From: Asterias rubens
Taxonomy: Eukaryota
Direction: 5' to 3'
Length of the DNA stretch: 64,000 nt
NCBI RefSeq assembly: GCF_902459465.1
Contig: NC_047066.1
Location: 17,794,001-17,858,000, forward strand
The stretch's first letter is position 1, and each line of letters starts with the position of its first letter. The notes under the pieces are model-generated. The model was given only the letters and a program-made list of their open reading frames with translations. It did no database searches and was not told the origin of the DNA. The position numbers and the translations under genes were made by a program. Positions 10,886-22,475 of this stretch are shown here, one piece after another.

Positions 10886-13800
10886 ATGGCCCTGAATCAG
10901 TTTATGCACCCAAGGAATCGCTATAGAAACAACAAGCCGGATTTTGCCAAGCTTGCTCAGGACTACCCAGAATTCAAACAGCACCTGTCAACGACCCTCG
11001 CAGGGAACGTCTCTCTTGACTTTCGCGATCCTGAGGCTCTTAGGGCGTTAACATGCACCTTGTTAAAAGAGGATTTTGGGATTGATCTTGAGATCCCCAT
11101 GGATCGGATTATCCCCACTGTACCACTGAGATTAAACTATATCCTATGGATTGAGGATTTGTTGAAGCAGAGCGGCCATGATAGATTAGAAGAAATCTGT
11201 GGCATTGATGTTGGTAAGAAAAAAGAACAGGAGAACTAGACATTTGAAGGCACTGAACACGTTTGACAAGTTTGTATATCCCAACATATATGCATAAAAT
11301 AACAAGCCTGCGAAAATTTGGACTCAATTAGTCATTGAAGTGAAACAATTCACACAAAATATTGCTAGCAACTCATCATTAGCCTTCATTTGATTTCATT
11401 GAGGGCGCTGTTTGTGCATGTAACATCGCATGCAAGGAGTGTCCAAAGTTACAGTTTTTCAGGACATACATGTTCAGTACTTCTTGTAAAGCTCCTTATC
11501 CATTATCTCCTTGTAGGTTGTGGTACGTCTTGTATCTACCCTTTGTTAGGAGCTAAGGTCAATGGTTGGCACTTCACTGCATCAGAGGTTGATTCCACAT
11601 CTACTGGTTATGCAATGCTCAATGTCAACAAAAACAAATTACAAGACAAAATACAAGGTATTTTTTTTTTTCGTTTTGCAGGCATAATATTCTGCCTACT
11701 TTAACAACATGGACTCTTGATTGTTTTGCCCTCAGAAAAATTTAGCAAAATTGTCATGGACCAGACTGATGAAAGCCTTTACTGTATAGGTCAGCCCTTA
11801 TACTCGATTGAATTTTTCTACTTTTGTCCAAGTCGCTAATATCATACCTGTATTCTACTCTTCTTTATCTGTGCAAATCTCCCAAATACTCAGGGTTTCG
11901 CATATTCTAACTAACACAAATTGACTCCATTTTTGTCTTTATTTGACTTGGCAGACTTGTTCTGTCTTAGTTCACCTTTTTTAATACTTGCAGGGTTTGC
12001 CTTTAACTTTTTCAATGAGTAGCCAGGAGGACCAGTTAGCTTGTCATTTGACTGGTCTGATGACAATGCAATTGTAAAAATATGATTTTAAACAATACAA
12101 ATTTGTGAGACAAACTTATTTGTCCACAATATTTTGAACACACTCACAAATATACTACACATTAATTGAAGCAATTATTGCCATCATTCAGACCTCTCAA
12201 TTTGTTTTTCATCTTCTTTGCATAGTTCTGGAGGTGAGCCCGGATGTCATGCTTTGTGGAATCTTCAAGATGGCCCCAAGACCTCTGTATCACTTCACAA
12301 TGTGCAACCCCCCATTCTTTGGTAACATTATGGAGGCCCAGGGCATTATGACATCTCGTAATGTTAGTCGGAGAGAGCCATCTTCAGTCAGTACAGCAGC
12401 TGAGTGTGAGATGGTTTGGGAGGAAGGTGGAGAAGTCGACTTCATCAGTCGGATGATCACTGATAGTTTACAGCTCAGAGAACAAGTTGTGTGAGTTGAT
12501 TATAACTCTTGAATTTTGATTGTGTGGGAGCTGGCCTTCTTTTTTGCCTTATTCATAAGTTTACCTTCTAAAACTTTAAAGGTCACATTGCTTTACTTTG
12601 GATGCCTAGGGCCAAATATTGGACACACAAAAAAGGCGGACTGTTTTAATAAGTTGAAGTATTACCAATCACATTCAAACCTATTCTTGCCTAAAAATCT
12701 TGCAGGAAAAAGTAAATGGCTTGACGTTTCAACCCTGGTAGAGTCCTTTGAAATACTCTGCTAGGGTCGAATCGTCAGGGCCCAATTTCATGGAGCTGCT
12801 AAGCACAACATTTTGCTTAGCATGACATTTTTTGCCTTGATCTCCACGTGATTTTAAGGATAAGCAAACAACAGCTGAATACATGTACCAAGCAATATGC
12901 AACAATGGGAAATTTGGTTGGTAATCCTGTTTTTATCAAGAATGACATTTCATGCTAAGCAAATTTTTGTGCTTAGCAGCTCTATGAAATTGGGCCCAGG
13001 TCATTAGCTATTTTTGCATTTATATTGGTAAGCAGTTTGCAACAGCTTATTATATTTTCGCGATTTCTAATCTTAAAAACTATTTTGCTATCTTCAGGTG
13101 GTACACATCAATGATCGGGAAGAAAGCGAGTTTAGGACCTCTCAAGCAAGAACTGGCTAAACACAAGGTGAGACCATAATGGTTCTTATTAAGCACACAT
13201 ATCCTAGTATAGATCAAGGCGCTATACAACATTAGTTCATCAGCCATACTTTTATACCATTCTTCTAACTTTCTCGACTCCCTGTGGAGCATACAACACT
13301 AAGCTGCTTAAATTAGCGCTGAGTGGTTAATCCAACACAATACTGTCTCAGCCGTCTCGGGTTCCTGTGTAGACACCTGGGTTAAAGGCACTGGACACTC
13401 GGTAATTACTCAAAATAATTGTTTAGCATAAAAATTTAGTTGCAAACGAGCAATGGAGAGCTGTTGATAGTATAAAACATTTTGAGAAACAGCTCCCTCT
13501 GTTGTTTTTGCGCAAGAAGTAATTTTCCACTAAAATATTTGTATTTGATTTTGAGACCTCAGAATTAGATTTTGAGGTCCCAAAATCAAGCATCTAAAAG
13601 CACACAACCTTGTTTGACAATGGTGTTTTTTCTTCCATTATTAATTTGAACTTCGACGACCAATGGGAGACTTTCTGGGACGATAGAGGGCAGCAGACTT
13701 ACCGGGTAAATCCATTGTTCTCAGAATTATGCGCATGTTCAGAACTACGTAAACAATGGAAATTTACCCGGTATGTCTGCTGCCACCTAGCGTTGGAAAG

Positions 13801-16800
13801 TCTCCTATTGAGTTCAAATTTTCACAGGTTGGTTATTTTGTGCATATGTTGAGATACACCAAGTGAGAAGACTGATCTTTGACATTAACCAAAGGTGTCC
13901 AGTGTATTTAAGAGAAGCAAATAATATGGTTAAGTGCCTTGTTCAAGGACACAAGTGTCATGACAGGCATTCGAACCCACAATCTAATGATGCAACCATC
14001 AGGACTTGAGTTTGATGCAGTAGACCACTTTGACCTGACACACCAAGTGTACACTGTATATTGGGAGGGAAGAAAATAAAGTGGTTGGTTGAATTGGTGC
14101 AGTGTTAACACTATATCGTTTTTCTTGGGTTTTTGAGAAATTAATGCAAAAATTCCTGTTTTCTCTCTCTATAGATTCGTAATGTGACAACGACAGAGTT
14201 TTGCCAGGGCAGGACAATGCGTTGGGGCATTGCTTGGACATTCCATGATGACATTGAACCCCTGGTAGGGAACAAAGTAAATCGACTCATACAAACTTAT
14301 GTTATATGAGAAATGAATTATCCAATGACAAAAGATATTAACATGACAGAGAGTAAAGAAAACATTAAGGACTTTGTCAACATGGATTCAAATGAACCAT
14401 AATATTGTATTGTATTGTATTGTACATGCGTGTTACTTTATGCACTTTATAAAAATAATGTATTTTTGAGTTCTGTAAAAGAAAAACCAGTTGGCAAATC
14501 ACTCGAGTGGGATTCCAACCCAGGACCATTCTCTCCAAGTGCTCGGGATGCCTAGTTCAGTGTTCAAAAGAATCTCTATATTATATCAAATATGAGCTAG
14601 TGACAAACGTGACGGACTAGTGAAATTAAAAGCTAACTGGTCCCTCTGGCTAGTTACTGGAAAAATATGAAGGCTGACCCTACATGTAAACACCTTTCTC
14701 ATTTGATGAACGTCATATGTAAGGTTTGCCATTGAGCTGTGTACACTTTGTGCCTTCAGGACTTCCAGCCGTCCATTTCACCAAACTCTTCCTAACTTAG
14801 GATTTATCTTAGGACTTAGGACGAGTCCCAACCCTGCACTGTAGCATGCAGACCTTAAAGACACTGGGGTCGATTTTACAAAGAGTTTGGACTAGTCTTA
14901 TCTTGAGTTAGGCTGAGTTACTCGTCCTAACTTAGGACTACGCATACATTTTGTATATCTCCTAGGACTAGTCCAAAGTTAGGACTAGTTCCAACTCTTT
15001 GTGATGCCGTCCATCTCAACATATGCATAAAATAACAAACCTGCGAAAATTTGAGCTTGAATGGTCGTCGCAGTTGCGAGATAACTATGAAAGAAAAAAA
15101 CCACCCTTGTCACATGAAGTGGTGTGCTTTCAGATGCTTGATTTCGAGACCTCAAATTCTAAACTTGAGTTCTCGAAATCAAATTTGTGGAAAATTACTT
15201 CTTTCTCAAAAACTACATGTACGTCACTTCAGAGGGAGCCGTTTCTCACAATGTTTTATACTATCAACCTCTCCCCATTACTCGTTACCAAATGAGGTTT
15301 TATGCTAATAATTATTTTGAGTAATTACCAATAGTGTTCACTGCCTTTAAGATTAATCCTAAGTTAAGACGAGTTACTCGTTCTTACTCAAGATAGGATT
15401 AGTCCTAGCGTTTTGTGAAATCAGCTGCAGGCTCTTTAGCTCTTGTGTAGTCATGACTGTGTAGTAATGGGGGCTTTTGATTTCTTTATCAAACCAGGTT
15501 CATATGTCACCGGTCAAGAAGTTCAAGCGAGATAAAGAGCGCCCTCCATTGGTCATTACAGTACCAGAGCAATACGTACAGAATGCTCTACAACAGCAAG
15601 AGGTCAGCTCGGGGTCAAAGGTTAAACCAGGAGGAACCAAGGATCAGCAGAGGGTCAAAGCTGTCGCAAAAGCAGTTGAGAAACTCCTGGGAAATCTAGA
15701 GGTATGCTTTTTGAAGAAAACATCTTAAGAAAACAATTTCGCTTTTTCTCTTCAAGAGTTTATAAATATTATCATCACATAAGAAATCTAAGGTCCCTCA
15801 GACTAAAATTTACAAGCCATGATCCAAAGCCTAGGATATAGACGATGTGACCTCTCACATTACTCGAAAAACCATAACATGATTCGCGCGCATACCGCTA
15901 AGCACAAAACCTTTGTGTTTTGGCAGCCAGCTAAAAAGTGTATGCAATCTTACCATGACTACGCGTCTTTTTGCCCGGCGAAAGATGACGTATACAGTGT
16001 TTTGTCATCAGAGGGCGGTTTGAATGTGGTCACATCGTCTATAGTATGTCAATTATGAATGTTGTGTGCAATGGTGAGAACACTTTCTTTAGTTGAAAGA
16101 TGGAATGTTACATTCAACGAGGCAAAGCCAAGTTGAATGGATTTATCTTTCATTGAATGAAACTATTCTAATTTGCTTGAATGGGAAACATTCATTATTT
16201 GTTTTATAAACATCTCTGAGTAGATCTTTGTAAATTGAAGGAAAAAATATCAACAAAATTTACAAGATGTTGTTGTGGCATTCTTTCTATTGGTTTTTAT
16301 AATTTGCACAGGCTAGGTGAACCAACAACTGAAAAGGGATGGTATGAAAATGCAGAATGAATAGTACCAAAATGCATGGTTAATGACATAGGCAACAATG
16401 AACCAGTTAACTATAATTTATTATATGACCCAGTTAACTAAACCAGGCAGTCTTATCCGTTCAAAGTTGCAATTTATAGTCATAGTAAAAACACTTGGCT
16501 GTCTGAACTGTAAATTTTAACTTCTTGTGGTTCTTATATCCCCAGATTGAACTTAAATCTAAACCTGGTATCAAGCTGTCTTCAAGATACACCCTAACTG
16601 CTGTTAAGAACACATGGTCCAACCAACGCAGGAAAAGACGCCAAAAACTCAAAAGGCGTCTCATGTTAGAGGGAGCTACACTGAGTGAACCAGCAGACAG
16701 AAATCCTGGCATGGGAGAAAAAATGACGCCAAGTATCCTGACAAGTGACAAGTCAAAAAGTGTCATGGCAAATTCTGTCCTGCTCCAGAGAACGAAACCC

Positions 16801-17349
16801 TTATCTGAAGAATGTGGATTGACACACACGATAGGAGAGGTGGAAACAAACAATGGTCCAGAACATTCCCCAAGGAAGGAATCTTGTGAGATGCCAGGCA
16901 TTGCAGCCTCTTGCTCAGAAACAATCCTCAGTGAAACCGATGTTAGAACTTTGGAAGTGAAACAAGTCGCTGGTGGTGGTTGTCAAGAAACGGCAAAGCT
17001 ACTCGATAAAAAAGACAGTTTATCACATTCTGTAACAAATGAGTCTAATGCTACAAATGTTACGCTAAAGAGTGTGGATACATTACAAGGAGTTAAACCC
17101 GTACCTGTAACAGGGTCTAGCAACTTGGATATCTCGTCCCCGGGAGGTGAAAATGCGAAGGGTACGGTTGCACTGCTCAGCTCATCCGAGGGCAGCAGTC
17201 AGGAAGCGGGGTTCGTTTTCAAGTGTTTGCTGTCAATCCGATTGGCTGATGGGAGCGTTGTCGTAGAGATGAGTTGGACAGAGGGAAAGACGCGGGAGTC
17301 CATGCACCAGGTTGGGCAGTACATGAAGAACCAGTTTAACAAGATCTAA
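10886..17349 (+). CDS. METTL16: RNA N6-adenosine methyltransferase METTL16 (U6/MAT2A m6A writer), 633 aa
   Basis: Coding exons 10886-11213, 11517-11657, 12226-12490, 13098-13167, 14175-14264, 15498-15701, 16546-17349; all GT-AG and in phase (1902 nt). Motifs: MALNQFMHPRNRY, PTVPLRLNYI, GIDVGCGTSCIYPLLG (SAM binding), MCNPPFF (catalytic), TEFCQGRTMRWGIAW, and C-terminal VCR/KA1-like NTWSNQRRKRR and FKCLLSI...EMSWTEG. Confidence 0.97.
12776..12999. mobile_element. MITE with GGCCCAATTTCAT TIR and CAG target duplication (PIF/Harbinger-like); related copies at about 45800-45960, 47399-47645, 50711-50908
   Basis: CAG|GGCCCAATTTCATGGAGCTGCTAAGCAC...GTGCTTAGCAGCTCTATGAAATTGGGCC|CAG. Confidence 0.85.
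13382..13911. mobile_element. High-copy TTAA-flanked MITE, AGGCACTGGACAC family (Kolobok-type), with a nested 140-bp palindromic MITE at 13666-13805
   Basis: TTAA|AGGCACTGGACAC...GTGTCCAGTGT; other copies at 14855-15350, 18187-18515, about 19800-20100, 34794-35177, 46796-47148, 50073-50460. Confidence 0.9.
15837..16043. mobile_element. MITE with TATAGACGATGTGACC TIR
   Basis: Perfect 16-bp inverted termini at 15837-15852 and 16028-16043. Confidence 0.85.
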
Positions 17350-20190
17350 ATGGACAACTGAAAAATGTCACTTCATAAAGGGAGTGATTTGGGGAAATGT
17401 CTGAACGACAAGTCAGTAGTTATGCCAAAGCACTTGGATAAGTTTGTCAAATAAATGCATAGTGCACACTGGTAAAACAGTGATACATGTAACTCTCAAT
17501 GATGGTGGTGCTTGGGCAGAGCTAATTACATGTTAGTTTTGAAATGTTTCATTACGGGTCATCATAAATATCTGAAACAAATTTATTTTAACCACTTCAT
17601 GGTAGTTAACAAATATCTATACCATGCCCTTGCAAAGTATTTTTTCTGGAACCTCTGAAGTTTTTTTCTTCTTCAAACCATGTAAGTTTAATGTAAATCT
17701 GTGGACATTTTGAAAAAGTATTTGAATCCATGAAAATCTATTTTGTTTAATGTGGTTTTGTATATCAAATCTATTGAAGGAGAACTATGCATGTACATAA
17801 ACTTGGTCACTTACATATGCTTTTTACCTTCTGCCAATTTAATCCAATTAAACTCATTCTTCTAAGCTCTTATATCCATCAGAATCTCTCAGCATGTGAG
17901 AACTCTACCAAATATTCTGCGAGAGACCTTCTGCATTAACTTTATCCCACTGCCATTTTACATGTTTTATGATAAGTATACAGGCACACCCATGTAGGCA
18001 AGGTAAGATGACCAAATGAGTCAGTGTGCAGTTCATTAAAACCAGACAATACATGTACTGAGTATTGACCCTGGAGGAATTGTGAAGTTAAAGGAGTCAT
18101 TTGCATTTGTGTATTGGAGAGAATATTTGTATTAGTTGAAAGATGGAGTGTTCCATTGAACTTGGCATGGATTCGCAGCATTTAAATAAAGACACTGGAC
18201 ACTATTGGTAATTGTCAAAGACAAGTCTTCTCAACATATGCATAACATAACAAACCTTTGAAAATTTGATTTCAATTTGTCGTTGAATAATGAAAGAAAA
18301 AACATCCTTGTCACACGAAGTTGTGTGCTTTCAGATGCTTGATTTTGAGACCTCAAAATTTCATTCTGAGGTCTCAAAATCAAATTCGTGGAATTATGGG
18401 AGCCGTTTCTCACAATGTTTTATGCTGTCAACAGCACCAAGTAAGTGTTGCTCGTTACCAAGTAAGGTTTTATGTATATTTTGAGTTATTACCAATAGTG
18501 TTCACTGCCTTTTAAATGAACGTTATTACCAATAGTGTTCACTGCCTTTTAAATGAACGTTATTACCAATAGTGTTCACTGCCTTTTAAATGAACATTCC
18601 ATATTTCAGCTTTCGAAAATACTCTCACCATTGCACTCCCTTACAAGCATTATCTCGCATACACAAAAAAATGGAACCAAATTGCAATTATTGTACGACA
18701 CATTTTATTTGTATCCATGTCACCAGACGCTCATGATATTTTAAAATACATTTACTTCATGAATTTTTAATAAAAGTCAGAAGTTCTTTTGCCAAACAAA
18801 GTTGATCTGTTCTGGTTTTTATGCTGGTTTAATTCATACTACTATTATTGATTTGCTAAACTGTTTTCACAGCTAAATAACCAAAAGTTAATGGTTACCT
18901 CTTGGAAGTTAAACTAATCTAGTATTGGTTATGACTGGTTTTTGTTTCATGCTCCATCTTCCAAGTCACGTCGGCATTTTGAAAAAAGCTCTTAATTCTT
19001 CGTAAACTGGAAAGTACCATTCCAAAAGTGTCCAACACTTGCCTCTGAAGTCTGTAATTTATTTTAAGTTAAACATTTTAACACCGTTTTGCCTAGCACT
19101 CCTAGGCCCAATTTCATAACGATTTGTAGCAGCAAATATGTATTTTTCAGCAAACGCTCCACAAGTAATGCAGACAGGTAAAATCAACTATCTGTAATCT
19201 TAGCTTATTATTTTTTTCTGCTAAGCATAGCATTTTGTGCTCCATAAAATTGTGTGCTCACAAAATGTATGATATCGGGCCCTGTACACCTAGCTTTAAC
19301 ACAAAAAAACAAGATTGGTCAAATTATTTTGACATTCTAATAACTGCCAAGGAATTGTCGCAGTGAAAAGTTGGGGCCTCAAATTATACAAAGTGTATGG
19401 CCTTCATGCACATGGGCCAATTTCGTAAAGCTGGCTTTGTAGCAGGGGACCAACCAATTAAAATGATACTGTAGTTTGGCTGGTAACTTACTTACAAAAC
19501 AAGATATTTCTGTAGTTTGCAGTTACATACAACATGTACTGGCTCCCATTGACATTTTTTTATTGAAGTGTTTTACACAAGTAAAACTGAAAAATGGACA
19601 TGACTTAAGAAATATAAATAACCTTCACTAAAGTTAAAGCTTGCTAAGGAAACTGCCAAGTGCAGTCAACTGATGATATGGAGATTGAGGACCAAGTTCA
19701 CGATGTAGTGATTCAGTTTAGTAAGTATTCTGGTTCCTTGGCCGACCTGTATAGGAAGAAAACAAAATGGCCTCCGTTAGACACTGAAAAAAAAGGAATA
19801 TAGTACAAAACATTGTGAGAAATGGCTTCCTCGAGAAGGAAGTTATTTTCCACTAAAATATTTGAATTTGTTTTTGAAACCTCAGAATTAGATTTTGCCA
19901 CAAAATCAAGCATCTGAAAGCACACAACTTCGTGTGACAAAGGTGTTTTTTCTTTCACTATTATCTTGCAACTTCAACAACCAATTGAGTTCAAATGTTC
20001 ACAGGTCGTTGTTATTTTGTGCATATGTTGAGATACACCAAGCAACTGACACCAAGTGAGACTGGTCTTTGACAATTACCAAAGTGTCCAGTGTCTTTAA
20101 GGAGACTATTTTGCATTATTACTGTTCACAAATAAAGCTGATTTCTTTAAGTATTCAGAACTGTCAATACTTTGTATCATTGCTTCTATT

Positions 20191-20563
20191 TTAAAGCCAT
20201 TGGACCCTTTCGGTAAACAGTATTGTCCAAGGCCCACACTTTGTGTATCACAACTTCTATATCAAATAACAAACCTGTGAAAATTTAGGCTCAATCGGTC
20301 ATCGGATTCTGGAGAAAATAACGGGAAAACCCACCCGTGTATCCGCGCGTTTCGCCGTGTCATGACATGTGTTTAAAATAAATCCGTAATTCTCGCTAAC
20401 GAGAATTGATATTGTTTTACTGTTTTCTCAAAAAGTAAAGCATTTCATGGAATAATATTTCAATGGAAGTATTTCACCACTACCTTCTGTAAACCCCTGA
20501 AGTTATTTGTAAATCTGTGAACCTTTTTTTTTTTTCTGTACCGAAAGGGTCCAATGGCTTTAA
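20191..20563. mobile_element. TTAA-flanked MITE, AGCCATTGGACCC family
   Basis: TTAA|AGCCATTGGACCCTTTCGGTA...TACCGAAAGGGTCCAATGGCT|TTAA, perfect 21-bp TIR. Confidence 0.92.
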
Positions 20564-20911
20564 AGAGTTATTCATAACTAAACTATGTCAAAACAAAAAT
20601 TGATCTGGATTCAAAGTTAAGAGTAAACAATATTTCATGAAGGGGGTTTGTCACTTTGTCAAAATGCAAAAGTGATACCATGCTTATTTAAATTGCCACT
20701 GTGCCAGCTCTAGATGTTCCAATGTACAGCAATGATTCAGGTCTCGTCTCTTTGATTAACAAACCTTTACATTTTATGAATTGTTTTTAAGGTGAGAGAA
20801 TTTGACCGCCATCTGTTTTCTTATCTAACATGTCAAGGTTTACCCACCCCACGCCCATTTTAGCCAGATCTTCACCAATTTTACTACTCTGTCTGTAACC
20901 TAAATCCCCTT

Positions 20912-22416
20912 TCACCCCATTGTACCCCTATTCACCCCCTTGTTAATCCCTGTTAACTTGCCTCGGTCACTGCCCCCATAAGTGCTCCGTCCATAGGCAG
21001 TTCTCTCCCCACGGTTGTACCCCTGGCCATCTCCCCTCTTGTACCCCTGGCCGTCTCCTCTCTTGTACCCTCCGCCGTCGTCCCTATTGTACCCTCCTCT
21101 GCCTCCGCCCCTACTGTACCCTCCTCTGCCACCGCCGCCTCCTCTCTTGTAGCCTCCGCCGTCGCTTCTCTTGTACCCATCTCGTTTATAGCCACGGTCG
21201 CCCTTATTGTAGTTGCCTCGCTCGCCCTTGTTGTAGCCACGCCCATCTTGTTTGAAGTTGCGTCCATCACCCTGCTTGAATCCACGCCCATCATTCTGGC
21301 GGTACTCTAGGAGTCTTTCTCCGTTCTCTACAAGGTTATTGACCTTGTCTGAGAGACGTAGAGCAAGATGTTGTAGCTTGGTTGGCTCACAGCGATGCAT
21401 GACGATCGTCTGAGCAGGTTCATCCCAGGAGGCCTGATAAGTCAAACATCATTAAACACAGTCAGATATCTTTCTTTGTTTCAAATGCAAGACCACTAGA
21501 TAAACACGACTTCAAAGATTTGTTTACATCAATCTATCTAGTGGTATAATACACTTATCATGTTACACTTGGTATCAAAGATACCAAGTTAATCAATTCA
21601 TGATCTATTTCAAGAATTCCGAAGCGATTATCCTACATGATCTAATTTTTGTACTGAAAAACTGTTAACAATCAAACATATACGACACATAATATACATG
21701 ATATCACGAGAGGGCATTATCACTCAATAAATACTGTTGATTTTGGGATGTACGAAGCCAACACTAATCAGCAAGATATATTTGGTTCTGTTTGTTCCCT
21801 TATTTAAAAACCGATTATTATTAATATATCTTACCATGAGTTCTTCATTGATGATCATTTTACTAATGATACTGTGCACTACAGGTTTCTCCAATTCAAA
21901 CATCTCAGCCAATGTGTTCATACTACACAGGGAGAAATCACAAATTCAATCATTCAATCTTTAATAATATTATCTTAATTTCAGTCAGCCATCTTTAGTT
22001 TTTTGATATAATCTAATTTAGTTCATTTTAATCAATAATTTTATAAATAATTAATTAATTTATTTATTTGTGTTTTCTTGCTCGTTTTCCATGTCTCTTC
22101 CTGTTGCTCTTGTCTAGGTTTGTCTGTTTTTGTTACTTTCATTTCTGTTTTATAATGTTGCCGTTTTTGTAAGGACCCCAATGGAAGAAAGCCTAACCTA
22201 AGATATTGGCTTTATTGAGTTACCCTTGGATATTCTGGTGTCGTATTTTTATCTTATGTTCTAGTTTGGCTTATCTTATTCATCGTTATTTCTCCCGTTG
22301 CTGTGTATGTATTTTGTACATGTTTTTATCCGAATAAATTCAAATCAAATCAAATCATATTCCCTGAATAAGAAGGTTTTACTTAGTTTTCTAAGTAGAG
22401 CGTATTTTAAATGCCG

Positions 22417-22475
<59 letters not shown>

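Noticed and set aside
16461-16901. 146-aa antisense ORF, and antisense ORFs at 26747-27155, 27590-27964, 29852-30139, 41337-41870
   Set aside because: Shadows of real exons of METTL16, EIF3C and ELOB on the opposite strand or in another frame
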